Source: Faecalimonas sp. (GTDB taxonomy: Bacteria > Bacillota > Clostridia > Lachnospirales > Lachnospiraceae). From it: a stretch of 64,000 bases of DNA. Made by a program: the position numbers and the translations under genes. Positions 39,960-50,522 of the stretch are shown piece by piece (positions within the stretch are counted from its first letter, which is position 1; the number at the start of each line of letters is the position of its first letter). The DNA lies in contig JAZRCJ010000071.1 in NCBI GenBank assembly GCA_045659705.1, positions 7,810 to 71,809 on the forward strand, read 5' to 3'. A model generated the notes under the pieces. The model ran no database searches. It was not told the origin of the DNA and saw only the letters and a program-made list of their open reading frames with translations.

Positions 39960-42176
39960 TTACATCATCTCGCAAATACGCTCTTTCAAACTGGTATACC
40001 GTCTCTGGCTGTTTTCATTAAGAATCATCTCCTGCAAGGCTATATCATCCCCCACAATGGTTACACATTTTTTCGCTCTCGTAACCGCCGTGTAAATCAG
40101 ATTGCGATGATACAATTGCTTTGGTCCTTGCAAAAGCGGAATCACAACCGCAGGGTACTCACTTCCCTGTGACTTGTGTACAGTGACAGCATATGCCAAT
40201 TCCAGCTCGTCTAATGACGAAAATGGATATTTCACCCGTTTCTTTTCTTCATACTCTACTTCCACTATCTCACTATAATGGTCGATTTCCACAACGCGTC
40301 CCATATCCCCGTTAAATACGCCCACGCCTTTATCTACGACCAGACCGTATTTCGTAGCAATCTCCCATTCCAATTGATAATTATTCTTTATCTGCATGAC
40401 TTTATCTCCCACACGAAACAGACCATCACCATACTCTTTTTCTGCCTTTTTCTTGTCCGGTGGGTTTAAATATTGTTGTAAAATCACGTTTAGCCGTTCT
40501 ACGCCCAACGCGCCTTTTCTCATAGGTGCAAGCACCTGGATATCAAAGCTTTCTGCTCCCACATATTTCGGTAGTTTTTCTTGAACAAGCGCAAGTATGA
40601 CGCGCATAATGATATTAGAATCATCACGTTTCAAAAAGAAAAAGTCTTTGCTCTTATTATCTAACTCCAAACATTTCCCCTGATTAATCTTGTGGGCATT
40701 TAATACAATGTCACTTTGCTGTGCCTGTCTAAAAATTTTTGTCAGGGTTATGACCGAAAACGCCTTCGATTCAATCAAATCCTTTAAGACACTGCCTGCT
40801 CCCACCGATGGAAGTTGATCTTTATCCCCCACCAAAATCAGTCTGGTTCCCGGGACAATGGCATGTAGCAACGTGTGCATTAATTGCAAATCCACCATAG
40901 ACATCTCATCAATAATCAACACGTCTATATCCAGCGGATTTTCTTCATTTCGCCCAAAATGCATTTTCCCGTCCGTTTCCTCCGGCATATAAGAAAGTTC
41001 CAAAAGTCGATGTATGGTTTTTGCCTCATATCCTGTGGCCTCCGTCATTCGTTTTGCCGCCCTTCCTGTCGGCGCAGCCAAGGCTATACTAAGCCCCTCA
41101 CGCTCAAAAAAAGCTATCATCGCATGGATAGTCGTCGTTTTTCCTGTCCCAGGCCCTCCGGTCAAAATGGTAATACCATTTGCAGCAGCTGTCTTTACCG
41201 CTGTTTTTTGCATCTCATCAAGAGAAATCTCCGTTTCCCGTTCTATCTCACCAATCTTCTTCTCTAGCTTTTCTTCTTGCGGCGCACTGGTTAAATTGAG
41301 GTCATGTAACATCTTCGCCGTGCGAAGTTCCATATAGTAGTACTGGGAAGCATAGACTCTGTCATCTTCTGCCTCCTCCTCTTTCAGTACAACCTTTTTT
41401 TCCATTGCCAAATCAAGCAGATACGGCGTGATATCTGCAATCTCCACTTCTAACAATTGCGTCGCCTTCGTAAGCAAAACCTGCTTTGGAAGATAAATGT
41501 GTCCATCGGTCACACTCTGCAAAAGCACATAAAAAATCCCACTCCGGATACGAAAATCAGAATTCGTATGAATGCCAATTCTAGATGCAATTTCATCTGC
41601 TGTTTTAAAGCCTACTCCCGGAACGTGATCTGCTATCTGATATGGATTTTCTTCCATTACTCGATATACATTTTGTCCATAGTGTTCGTATATTTTCACT
41701 GCAAGAGACAGGCTAATTCCGTATTGCTGCAAGTAAATCATGGCCTTTCGCATATCTTTCTTTTCTTCTACCTGAATCGCAATCTCTCTTGCTTTTCGCT
41801 CACTAATCCCTTTAATTTCTGCCAACCTCTCTGGTTCTTCTTCAATAATGCGGAAGGTTTCGCCTTTAAACTTTCTTACAATTTTCGTCGCAAGAACAGC
41901 GCCCACGCCTTTGATAGCTCCCGAGCCCAAATACCGTTCAATGGAAAGCAAATCCTCTGGTTCTATCTCCTCATAAGAAGACACCTGTAGCTGCAAGCCA
42001 TATACGTTGTGGTGTACATATTCGCCAGTCAGTTCCAACATCTCTCCTTCACCGATGTACGGAAAGGTCCCTACGCATGTCAATTCGCCATCTTCATTTG
42101 TCAATTGAAAAACGGTATACCCATTGTCATCGTTTCGAAACACAATGTGATCTACGTACCCTTTTATTACTTCCAT
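39960..42176 (-). CDS. recD2: ATP-dependent RecD2 DNA helicase
   Basis: N-terminal OB/HhH region, GGPGTGKT, APTGRAA, DEMSM, GDKDQL, HKSQGSE. Confidence 0.93.
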   Translation of the reverse strand: MEVIKGYVDHIVFRNDDNGYTVFQLTNEDGELTCVGTFPYIGEGEMLELTGEYVHHNVYGLQLQVSSYEEIEPEDLLSIERYLGSGAIKGVGAVLATKIVRKFKGETFRIIEEEPERLAEIKGISERKAREIAIQVEEKKDMRKAMIYLQQYGISLSLAVKIYEHYGQNVYRVMEENPYQIADHVPGVGFKTADEIASRIGIHTNSDFRIRSGIFYVLLQSVTDGHIYLPKQVLLTKATQLLEVEIADITPYLLDLAMEKKVVLKEEEAEDDRVYASQYYYMELRTAKMLHDLNLTSAPQEEKLEKKIGEIERETEISLDEMQKTAVKTAAANGITILTGGPGTGKTTTIHAMIAFFEREGLSIALAAPTGRAAKRMTEATGYEAKTIHRLLELSYMPEETDGKMHFGRNEENPLDIDVLIIDEMSMVDLQLMHTLLHAIVPGTRLILVGDKDQLPSVGAGSVLKDLIESKAFSVITLTKIFRQAQQSDIVLNAHKINQGKCLELDNKSKDFFFLKRDDSNIIMRVILALVQEKLPKYVGAESFDIQVLAPMRKGALGVERLNVILQQYLNPPDKKKAEKEYGDGLFRVGDKVMQIKNNYQLEWEIATKYGLVVDKGVGVFNGDMGRVVEIDHYSEIVEVEYEEKKRVKYPFSSLDELELAYAVTVHKSQGSEYPAVVIPLLQGPKQLYHRNLIYTAVTRAKKCVTIVGDDIALQEMILNENSQRRYTSLKERICEMM

Positions 42177-42218
42177 TTCCTTTCCTCCATCTTGTATCTA
42201 TTATCATATCTTACCACA

Positions 42219-42250
42219 CAAAAGGCTGTCTCAAAAACGAGACAGCCTTT
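42219..42250 (-). terminator. Terminator after mreB
   Basis: AAAGGCTGTCTC-N6-GAGACAGCCTTT. Confidence 0.75.
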
Positions 42251-42253
42251 ATA

Positions 42254-43243
42254 TTATTTTTCTCTTCTATCACTCATAAACTCTACATATTGACCGGTTC
42301 CGATAGCAACTACTTTCATCGGATCTTCCGCTGTCATTGTATTAATTCCTGTTTTTTCTTCAATGAGTTCTTCCAAACCACGAAGCAATGCACCACCACC
42401 TGTAAGAACAATACCTCTGTCCAGAATATCAGCTGATAATTCCGGTGGAGTTCTCTCTAATACTGCGATAACAGCTTCTACAATCTGTCCTGTAGTTTCA
42501 CGAAGTGCTTCTTCTGTTTCTGAAGAAGTTACTGTCACAGTCTTTGGAAGGCCTGTCACCAAGTTACGTCCGCGAACTTCCATCGTCTCGTCTTCCACAA
42601 GCGGATAAGTAGTTCCAATCTTAATCTTAATATCCTCCGCTGTACGCTCACCGATAAGAAGATTATGTTTTTTACGCATAAAGCGAACAATTGCCTCATC
42701 AAAATCATCTCCGGCAATCTTAATCGATGTATTTACTACTGTTCCACCAAGAGAAATAACTGCAATATCTGATGTACCACCACCGATATCTACGATCATA
42801 TTTCCGCATGGTTTTGCAATATCGATGCCTGCTCCAATCGCTGCAGCAACCGGTTCTTCAATCAAATACACGTCTCTCGCACCTGCTGCATACGTAGCTT
42901 CTTTTACCGCTTTCTTTTCTACTTCCGTCACACCACTAGGCACACACACACTGATGCGTGGTTTTTTCAAGGTTCTCTTACCCATTGCCTTTTGTACGAA
43001 GTACTTAATCATCTTTTCTGTCACTGTATAATCTGAGATAACACCTTGTCTTAATGGTCTTACCGCAATGATATTCCCCGGTGTTCTTCCAAGCATTAAT
43101 CTTGCTTCTTCCCCAATCGCTTTAATCGCATTCGTGTCTCTATCAAATGCAACTACTGATGGTTCTTTTAATACAACGCCCTTTCCTTTTACATACACAA
43201 GGACACTGGCCGTCCCCAAATCGATTCCGATATCTACTGACAT
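42254..43243 (-). CDS. mreB: Rod shape-determining protein (MreB/Mbl family)
   Basis: GIDLGT, EPSVVA, DIGGGT, LTGGGAL; no adjacent mreCD, so possibly an Mbl-type paralogue. Confidence 0.9.
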   Translation of the reverse strand: MSVDIGIDLGTASVLVYVKGKGVVLKEPSVVAFDRDTNAIKAIGEEARLMLGRTPGNIIAVRPLRQGVISDYTVTEKMIKYFVQKAMGKRTLKKPRISVCVPSGVTEVEKKAVKEATYAAGARDVYLIEEPVAAAIGAGIDIAKPCGNMIVDIGGGTSDIAVISLGGTVVNTSIKIAGDDFDEAIVRFMRKKHNLLIGERTAEDIKIKIGTTYPLVEDETMEVRGRNLVTGLPKTVTVTSSETEEALRETTGQIVEAVIAVLERTPPELSADILDRGIVLTGGGALLRGLEELIEEKTGINTMTAEDPMKVVAIGTGQYVEFMSDRREK

Positions 43244-43346
43244 CTGTATTCTCCTTTCAAAACTCGTATCTATTCTGATGTTTCCGATTCATTCATATAT
43301 CTTCACTATTATAATAAAAAATTGACAAAAAGCAAATAGTTTTTTG

Positions 43347-46178
43347 CTATTTTTCATTTTTCTTAAGGATAAAATCAATATATTTCCCTGTGTGAGATTT
43401 TGGATTCTTTGAAATCGCTTCCGGCGTACCAGTTGCGATGATGGTGCCACCTCTATCACCACCCTCCGGACCAATATCAATAATATAGTCCGCCGTCTTA
43501 ATCACATCCAAATTATGCTCGATAACCAAGACCGTATTGCCATCCTCAGATAACCTTCTTAAAATCTCTGTCAATTTGTGCACATCGGCAAAATGAAGAC
43601 CGGTTGTAGGTTCATCCAAAATATAAATTGTCTTTCCTGTACTTCTCTTGCTAAGCTCTGTAGCCAACTTGATACGCTGCGCTTCTCCTCCAGAAAGCGT
43701 CGTAGATGGTTGTCCAAGTTTGATATAAGAAAGACCCACATCATACAGTGTCTGTATTTTTCTTCGAATACTCGGAACATGTTCAAAAAACGTAAGTGCT
43801 TCTTCCACCGTCATATCTAATACATCAAAAATACTTTTTCCTTTGTATTTTACTTCCAGTGTTTCTCTATTGTAGCGCTTTCCACCACACACTTCACACG
43901 GAACATATACATCCGGCAAAAAGTGCATCTCGATTTTTAAGATACCATCTCCCGAACATGCCTCACATCTTCCGCCCTTCACATTAAAACTAAATCGACC
44001 TTTTTTGTAACCTCTCTCCTTTGCATCCTGAGTTGCCGCAAATAAATCTCGAATCATGTCAAACACCCCGGTATAAGTAGCCGGATTTGAGCGAGGTGTG
44101 CGACCAATTGGGGATTGGTCGATATTTATAATCTTGTCTAAATTCTCCACTCCCTCAATCTTCTTATGTTTGCCCGGTATGGTTCTTGCTCGATTTAATT
44201 TTTTTGCTAAAGTTTTATAAACAATCTCATTTACAAGAGAACTTTTCCCGGAACCTGAAACTCCGGTTACACAAGTCATCACTCCAAGCGGAATCTCCAC
44301 ATCTATGTTTTTCAAATTGTTCTCAGCTGCGCCTATGACCTTCAACCAACCTTTTGGCTCTTTTCTCTCTTTTGGAACCGGAATCTTTTCACGCCCACTT
44401 AGATATGCACCGGTAACAGACTGTGGACAATCCATAATCTCCTTAGCGGTTCCCGTTGCAACCACTTCACCACCGTGTTCACCTGCACCCGGCCCAATGT
44501 CCACAATATAATCAGCTTCCATCATGGTATCTTCATCATGTTCTACCACAATCAAAGTATTTCCCAAATCACGCAAATTTTTCAATGCTCCAAGTAACCT
44601 GTCATTGTCTCTTTGATGCAACCCGATACTCGGCTCATCCAATATATAGGCAACGCCAACTAAGCCTGAACCAATCTGTGTGGCAAGTCGTATACGCTGT
44701 GCTTCGCCGCCCGAGAGACTTCCTGTTGCACGGGATAAGGTCAAATAATCCAAACCTACATTTACAAGAAAACCTATGCGCGCCTTAATCTCTTTTAAAA
44801 TCTGACCACCAATCAATTCCTGGGTTTTTGTGAGTGTCAACTCATCTAAAACTACTTGTAGCTTTTCAATAGACAGGGCTGTCATCTCGGAGATATTCAT
44901 TCCTCCTACTGTAACTGCCAGGGCACTTTCTTTTAATCTCTGTCCTTTACATTCTGGACATGGGGTAATTCTCATAAAACTCTCGTACTCGGCACGCATC
45001 ATCTCGGAACCTGTTTCCCGATAACGACGCTCCACGTTTTTAATGAGTCCTTCAAAGGCAACTCCATAAACACCTTCTCCACGCTGTCCCACATAATGAA
45101 CCTTTACTTCTTTCCCCTTGGTTCCATAAATCAAAATTTCCTTCACTTCATCGGAATATTTCTCAAAAGGAGTGCTTAGGGAGAAATTATATTCTTTACA
45201 AAGAGCGTCTAAAATTGCTCTTGTAAAACTTCCCTTATCGGCACACGATTGCCATCCTAATACGGTTATGGCCCCTTCATCAATGCTAAGGCTCTGATCA
45301 GGTATCATTAAATCAATATCAAACTCCATCTTATACCCAAGTCCAAAACAATCCGGACATGCACCAAATGGATTGTTAAATGAAAAGCTTCGCGGTTCGA
45401 TTTCTTCGATACTGATATCGCAATCCGGGCAAGAAAAACTTTGACTAAAGTTCAACACTTCTCCACCTATCACTTCCACTTCCAACAACCCCTCTGCCAA
45501 AGCAAGGACTGTCTCCACAGAATCCGTCAATCTCTTTTCTATTCCCGGTTTTACAATCAAACGGTCTACTACAATTTCAATATTGTGTTTGATGTTCTTA
45601 TCTAACGTAATTTCTTCCGAAAGTTCATACATATTACCGTCAATACGTACACGTACATAGCCATTCTTCTTTGCTCTTTCCAAAAGTTTCTCGTGACGGC
45701 CCTTCTTCCCTCTTACCACAGGTGCAAGCACTTGAATCTTGCTTCCTTCCGGCAATTCCATCACCTTGTCCACCATCTGGTCCACCGTTTGTTTTTGAAT
45801 CTCTTTCCCACATTTTGGACAATGTGGAATTCCAATTCTCGCATATAACAAACGCAGGTAATCGTATATTTCCGTTACTGTCCCCACAGTGGAACGTGGA
45901 TTTTTATTGGTAGACTTTTGATCAATAGAAATGGCCGGTGAAAGCCCTTCAATGCTTTCTACATTCGGTTTTTCCATCTGTCCAAGGAACTGTCTTGCAT
46001 AGGAGGACAAAGATTCCATATATCTTCTCTGTCCTTCTGCATAAATGGTATCAAAAGCAAGAGACGATTTCCCCGAACCACTAAGACCGGTCAAAACCAC
46101 CAACTGGTTTCGAGGAATATCGATATCTATATTTTTTAAATTATGCTCATTAGCTCCTCTGATTTTAATGTAATCCAT
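43347..46178 (-). CDS. uvrA: Excinuclease ABC subunit A
   Basis: Two Walker A motifs ([16 protein letters not shown]), two LSGGEAQR motifs, zinc fingers. Confidence 0.98.
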   Translation of the reverse strand: MDYIKIRGANEHNLKNIDIDIPRNQLVVLTGLSGSGKSSLAFDTIYAEGQRRYMESLSSYARQFLGQMEKPNVESIEGLSPAISIDQKSTNKNPRSTVGTVTEIYDYLRLLYARIGIPHCPKCGKEIQKQTVDQMVDKVMELPEGSKIQVLAPVVRGKKGRHEKLLERAKKNGYVRVRIDGNMYELSEEITLDKNIKHNIEIVVDRLIVKPGIEKRLTDSVETVLALAEGLLEVEVIGGEVLNFSQSFSCPDCDISIEEIEPRSFSFNNPFGACPDCFGLGYKMEFDIDLMIPDQSLSIDEGAITVLGWQSCADKGSFTRAILDALCKEYNFSLSTPFEKYSDEVKEILIYGTKGKEVKVHYVGQRGEGVYGVAFEGLIKNVERRYRETGSEMMRAEYESFMRITPCPECKGQRLKESALAVTVGGMNISEMTALSIEKLQVVLDELTLTKTQELIGGQILKEIKARIGFLVNVGLDYLTLSRATGSLSGGEAQRIRLATQIGSGLVGVAYILDEPSIGLHQRDNDRLLGALKNLRDLGNTLIVVEHDEDTMMEADYIVDIGPGAGEHGGEVVATGTAKEIMDCPQSVTGAYLSGREKIPVPKERKEPKGWLKVIGAAENNLKNIDVEIPLGVMTCVTGVSGSGKSSLVNEIVYKTLAKKLNRARTIPGKHKKIEGVENLDKIINIDQSPIGRTPRSNPATYTGVFDMIRDLFAATQDAKERGYKKGRFSFNVKGGRCEACSGDGILKIEMHFLPDVYVPCEVCGGKRYNRETLEVKYKGKSIFDVLDMTVEEALTFFEHVPSIRRKIQTLYDVGLSYIKLGQPSTTLSGGEAQRIKLATELSKRSTGKTIYILDEPTTGLHFADVHKLTEILRRLSEDGNTVLVIEHNLDVIKTADYIIDIGPEGGDRGGTIIATGTPEAISKNPKSHTGKYIDFILKKNEK

Positions 46179-48150
46179 TATGATACCTCTTTAATTCTAT
46201 CTGTTTATCACGAAGCTGAGCTGCCAACTCAAAGTTCAGTTCTGCCGCCGCTTTCTTCATCTGTTTTTCTATCTTCTGAATCAATTTTTCCAATTCCGCC
46301 TTGCTCATGGATTCCGGATCTTTTTCCATTACCAGTTCTTCCTGGGCAACTTTCTTGGAGATACTGATCAAATCACGCACCGATTTTTGAATGCTCTTTG
46401 GCGTGATGCCGTGTTCCTCATTGTACTGCATTTGCACCTTTCTTCTACGCTCCGTCTCCTCCATGGCACGGCGCATAGAGTCAGTAATGGTATCTGCGTA
46501 CATGATAACATGCCCCTCCACATTTCTAGCCGCACGTCCGATGGTCTGAATAAGGGATGTTTCTGAACGAAGGAACCCTTCTTTATCCGCATCCAAGATT
46601 GCAATGAGGGTAATCTCCGGTATGTCAAGTCCTTCTCTCAAAAGATTAATTCCCACCAATACATCAAACACATCAAGACGCATATCTCGAATGAGTTCCG
46701 TACGTTCTAGGGTGTCAATATCCGAGTGCAGGTAACGTACACGAATGCCAAGTTCCCGCATATAGTCCGTCAAATCTTCCGCCATACGTTTGGTGAGAGT
46801 GGTTATAAGGACTTTGTGTCCTGCCTTTACTTCTTTATCTACTTCTGCCGTCAAGTCGTCAATCTGACCATCTACCGGTCTTACCTCTACTATCGGGTCT
46901 AAAAGACCAGTTGGTCTGATAATCTGTTCTGTCCTAAGAAGTTCATTTTGTTCTTCGTATTTTCCAGGTGTGGCAGATACAAAAAGCATCTGATTAACTT
47001 TTCCTTCAAACTCTCCAAAGTTTAACGGCCTGTTATCCTTTGCCGACGGCAAACGAAATCCATAATCCACCAACGTGGATTTTCTTGACTGGTCCCCGGA
47101 ATACATGGCGCCCAACTGTGGAATCGTCATATGGGACTCATCAATCATAATCAGAAAATCATCCGGAAAATAATCAATCAGCGTATGTGGTGGCTGTCCC
47201 GGCTGTAAGCCCGTCAAATGTCTGGAGTAATTTTCTATACCGGAGCAAAAACCGGTTTCTCTCATCATCTCAATATCAAAATTCGTCCGCTCAGCGATAC
47301 GCTGTGCTTCCAACAATTTATCTTCGCTCTTAAAATAGCGCACTCTCTCTTCCAGTTCTTCTTCAATCGCCTTCGTCGCCCTGTCCATAGAATCTTTTGA
47401 TACTACATAATGGGATGCCGGGAAAATAGCCACGTGCTCCAACACATTCTTAATCTCTCCCGTCAACAAGTCAATCTCTGTAATTCTGTCCACTTCGTCT
47501 CCAAAAAATTCAATGCGATATGCGTACTTTTCAGAGTAGGCAGGGAATATCTCAAGCACATCTCCTCTCACACGAAAAGTTCCGCGTCTAAAATCCATGT
47601 CATTTCTATCATACTGAATGTCAATCAGCTTGCGAATCACTTCATCCCTATCCTTTATCATACCCGGACGTAGAGATATCACCATCTCCTTATAATCAAT
47701 CGGTGAACCAAGTCCGTAAATACAGGACACACTCGCAACAATAATCACATCTCGGCGCTCGGAAAGGGCCGCCGTAGCTGAGTGACGTAGTTTATCAATC
47801 TCATCATTGATGGAAGAATCTTTTGCAATATAAGTATCCGAAGACGGTACATAAGCCTCCGGTTGATAATAGTCATAATAAGATACAAAATACTCCACTG
47901 CATTCTCCGGAAAGAACTCTTTAAACTCCCCGTATAACTGTGCAGCCAAGGTCTTATTATGTGCAATGACTAAGGTTGGTCTATTCAGTTTTTCAATCAC
48001 GTTGGCCATGGTAAATGTCTTGCCGGAACCCGTAACACCAAGAAGCGTCTGGCACTGATTGCCCTCTTCAAAGCCTTTCACAATGGCTTCAATAGCTTGC
48101 GGTTGGTCGCCGGTTGGCTTATATTCTGATTTTAAAACGAATTTATCCAT
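46165..48150 (-). CDS. uvrB: Excinuclease ABC subunit B
   Basis: [18 protein letters not shown] beta-hairpin, DESH, C-terminal UVR domain. Confidence 0.98.
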   Translation of the reverse strand: MDKFVLKSEYKPTGDQPQAIEAIVKGFEEGNQCQTLLGVTGSGKTFTMANVIEKLNRPTLVIAHNKTLAAQLYGEFKEFFPENAVEYFVSYYDYYQPEAYVPSSDTYIAKDSSINDEIDKLRHSATAALSERRDVIIVASVSCIYGLGSPIDYKEMVISLRPGMIKDRDEVIRKLIDIQYDRNDMDFRRGTFRVRGDVLEIFPAYSEKYAYRIEFFGDEVDRITEIDLLTGEIKNVLEHVAIFPASHYVVSKDSMDRATKAIEEELEERVRYFKSEDKLLEAQRIAERTNFDIEMMRETGFCSGIENYSRHLTGLQPGQPPHTLIDYFPDDFLIMIDESHMTIPQLGAMYSGDQSRKSTLVDYGFRLPSAKDNRPLNFGEFEGKVNQMLFVSATPGKYEEQNELLRTEQIIRPTGLLDPIVEVRPVDGQIDDLTAEVDKEVKAGHKVLITTLTKRMAEDLTDYMRELGIRVRYLHSDIDTLERTELIRDMRLDVFDVLVGINLLREGLDIPEITLIAILDADKEGFLRSETSLIQTIGRAARNVEGHVIMYADTITDSMRRAMEETERRRKVQMQYNEEHGITPKSIQKSVRDLISISKKVAQEELVMEKDPESMSKAELEKLIQKIEKQMKKAAAELNFELAAQLRDKQIELKRYHNGLH

Positions 48151-48177
48151 CTTAATTCTCCCGCTTTTAATCTCTTT

Positions 48178-49611
48178 TTAACCAAATGTCTTCTCCATTT
48201 TCTTATGTAACACTTCCGCCTTCTTTGCAAAGTTTTCGTAATCCGTCACCTTTTCCACATTCCACGTATTTTGCGCCAACATCGGAAGTCTCTCCAACAG
48301 ATTGATGCGTTCTCCACGCACTCCTTCTGCAATGCTCGGACTGTGTGTCGGTATATGATCTCCCCAAGCAAGGAGCTGTCCACCTATAATCTGCTCATTT
48401 GGCTCAGTCTCATATCCCGTCTCTATAATTGGGGACTCTCTATGCACAGCTTTCCACTTATAAATAGACCAATCGTAGACTTCTTCCGGTGTCCACATCG
48501 TAAGTGGTGCTACCACATACATCGGATTCCAAGAACAGTTGATAACCTTAAACCCTTCATCCAACAATTCCGAAGTAAGCTGATAATAATTTTCCCAGGA
48601 CATTACGAGAATATCCTTTGAAATCTTATCATTTACAGATTTTGCAAAACCTTCCCATACAATCGGCTGTTTTCCTTTTTGGAAGCACACCTCTGCCATT
48701 TCCGATATAAAATGTGCATACATCTGTTCTGCAAGCATATTCTTATCTTCCATATCAGAATCAATTCCCACACTTTTCGCATATTCTCCACACTTTGGAC
48801 ATCTTGTCCATTCTGCCATGGCATAGGCCTCATCGCCACCTATATGTACATATTTGGAATACGGAAACATATCACAAAGTTCTCGAAAAAGATTTCTCAT
48901 AGCCTCCATGGAATCTGCATGCTGACATATGATACCCATAGTGCCAAATATTTCTCCATAGGCTTCCCCAAAACTCTTGCAATGCCCCGGCACATCAATT
49001 TCCGGCGAAACTTCTACCCCTCTGGCGTTGGCGTATTCTACAAGTTCTTTTATCTGGTCTTTCGTATAAAAACGTTCTTTTGTAGACAGTGCCGGATATA
49101 TATCACTTGGCAGTGTATAACTCTGGTCATCTGTAAAATGCAGCTGTAACACTGCTACTTTATAGAAATAACACATATCCACATAGGACAAAAGATAAGA
49201 AAATGGATGCCAATTTCTCGCAAGGTCTACCATCATGCCGCGATAGCTACAATCCGGTTTATCCTCGATTACCATTTCCGAAAGTATGATGTTGCCATCT
49301 TCTTCCTGCATAGCCTGTAGCAACGTGGCAAATCCATGATTGATACCCACTGAATCTTTGGCATAAATAACGATAGTATCCTCGCTCACTTCTATTCTAT
49401 ATTCCTCAAATGTCATTTTCTCGTCCCGCACAACTTGAATATGACCTTCCTCTTTTATGGCAACCTTTATGCCATATAATCGGTCTGCATAAGCCACAAA
49501 AGCCTCCTGTGCGGCAGAAAACTCTGGATTTTGTTTCATAGATGGTGCATAGGTCTTAAGCGCATCTTTTTGTTCTTTTTTTATCACTTTTGGTGTTGGT
49601 ATTATGTTCAT
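48178..49611 (-). CDS. GH20 beta-N-acetylhexosaminidase (no signal peptide)
   Basis: RGMMVDLAR, LHFTDDQ, PEIDVPGH, HIGGDE catalytic pair. Confidence 0.9.
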   Translation of the reverse strand: MNIIPTPKVIKKEQKDALKTYAPSMKQNPEFSAAQEAFVAYADRLYGIKVAIKEEGHIQVVRDEKMTFEEYRIEVSEDTIVIYAKDSVGINHGFATLLQAMQEEDGNIILSEMVIEDKPDCSYRGMMVDLARNWHPFSYLLSYVDMCYFYKVAVLQLHFTDDQSYTLPSDIYPALSTKERFYTKDQIKELVEYANARGVEVSPEIDVPGHCKSFGEAYGEIFGTMGIICQHADSMEAMRNLFRELCDMFPYSKYVHIGGDEAYAMAEWTRCPKCGEYAKSVGIDSDMEDKNMLAEQMYAHFISEMAEVCFQKGKQPIVWEGFAKSVNDKISKDILVMSWENYYQLTSELLDEGFKVINCSWNPMYVVAPLTMWTPEEVYDWSIYKWKAVHRESPIIETGYETEPNEQIIGGQLLAWGDHIPTHSPSIAEGVRGERINLLERLPMLAQNTWNVEKVTDYENFAKKAEVLHKKMEKTFG

Positions 49612-49616
49612 ATTTT

Positions 49617-49979
49617 TTATTCCCTTTTCAATGCATCATTCATAGATAGTAAATATACGCAGTATTGGTTCATGCTAACCCCTTCTGCTTTTGACTGTTC
49701 TGCCAATTGTCGGTGCAAAGTTTTTGGAAGGCGAAGTTTGAATTGTCCGGAATATTTTTTCAACTCCTCTGGTTCAGGTATGGCATTCCCCGACTGCAAC
49801 TCCGCTTCTATCCATGCGCGTTTTGCATCGATAATATTTTGAATGACTTCTTCCATTGTTTCCCCGATGGTAATACATCCCGGCAAATCCGGAAATATTG
49901 CAACAAATCCTCCCTCTTCATTATCTGGGATGATTTCCATCTTATAAGGCAAACTCATATAATATTCAACTGTCTTCAA
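49617..49979 (-). CDS. hicB: HicB antitoxin (RNase H-like plus RHH DNA-binding domain)
   Basis: FPDLPGCITIGET, IPEP, YSGQFKLRLPKTLH..A..EGVSMNQ; probable TTG start at 49979. Confidence 0.92.
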   Translation of the reverse strand: MKTVEYYMSLPYKMEIIPDNEEGGFVAIFPDLPGCITIGETMEEVIQNIIDAKRAWIEAELQSGNAIPEPEELKKYSGQFKLRLPKTLHRQLAEQSKAEGVSMNQYCVYLLSMNDALKRE

Positions 49980-50220
49980 CCTCTTTTTCCTCGCTTTCAA
50001 CAATATTTTTGACCATTTCTACATACACTTTCTTAATCGTATTATGTTTAGGAATCGTTATAGACCTACAACCTGGTTTTCTAAATGTACAATGGCTACT
50101 GCCACTTTTCGGTGAATTCATTATGTAGCCATATGACTCCAATACTTTTCTCAATTCATCAAAGCGTAAATCTGCAGACAATGTGCTAATTCGCCATAAT
50201 AATTTATCCCACTTGGACAT
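49966..50220 (-). CDS. hicA: HicA toxin (mRNA interferase)
   Basis: FDELRKVLESYGY, GSSH, ITIPKH, KKVYV; overlaps hicB. Confidence 0.9.
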   Translation of the reverse strand: MSKWDKLLWRISTLSADLRFDELRKVLESYGYIMNSPKSGSSHCTFRKPGCRSITIPKHNTIKKVYVEMVKNIVESEEKEVEDS

Positions 50221-50239
50221 TAATTATTCTCCTTTCATC

Positions 50240-50269
50240 ATTATATTACGGTGTCATATGTGGTGTCAA
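50240..50269 (-). promoter_or_regulatory. hicAB promoter with overlapping TGACACC direct repeats
   Basis: TTGACA-18bp-TATAAT; minus strand reads TTGACACCACATATGACACCGTAATATAAT. Confidence 0.75.
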
Positions 50270-50480
50270 TCATTTTTATATAAATAGACTTCTTTACCGT
50301 AATCTTTTACCATTTCACTGTTTGTAAATTGATTTATAAGAGTGTTTCAAGCAGGAAATCTTATAGATTTGAAATTTGATTTTTGATAAAGCTTGGGATT
50401 TAGAATATAGAATTACTGCTTGTTTGAATAAGATAACATATGGCACAAAAAGCGTCAACAATCTTTCCCAAAGCTCCAAC

Positions 50481-50515
50481 AAAAAAACTACCAGAGACAA
50501 TGCTCTGGTAGCTTT
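50481..50515 (-). terminator. Terminator at the end of the glycan-utilization locus
   Basis: CTACCAGAG-N6-CTCTGGTAG with a T-run on the minus strand. Confidence 0.75.
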
Positions 50516-50522
50516 CATTGTT

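Noticed and set aside
43289-43480. 63-aa minus-strand ORF overlapping the uvrA end
   Set aside because: Alternative frame over uvrA and the mreB promoter region; no RBS
50315-50518. 67-aa minus-strand ORF
   Set aside because: Runs through a terminator and a promoter-like sequence, lacks an RBS and has no recognisable features
49617-50520. Prophage or integrative element around hicAB
   Set aside because: No integrase, transposase, phage genes or evident att/terminal repeats
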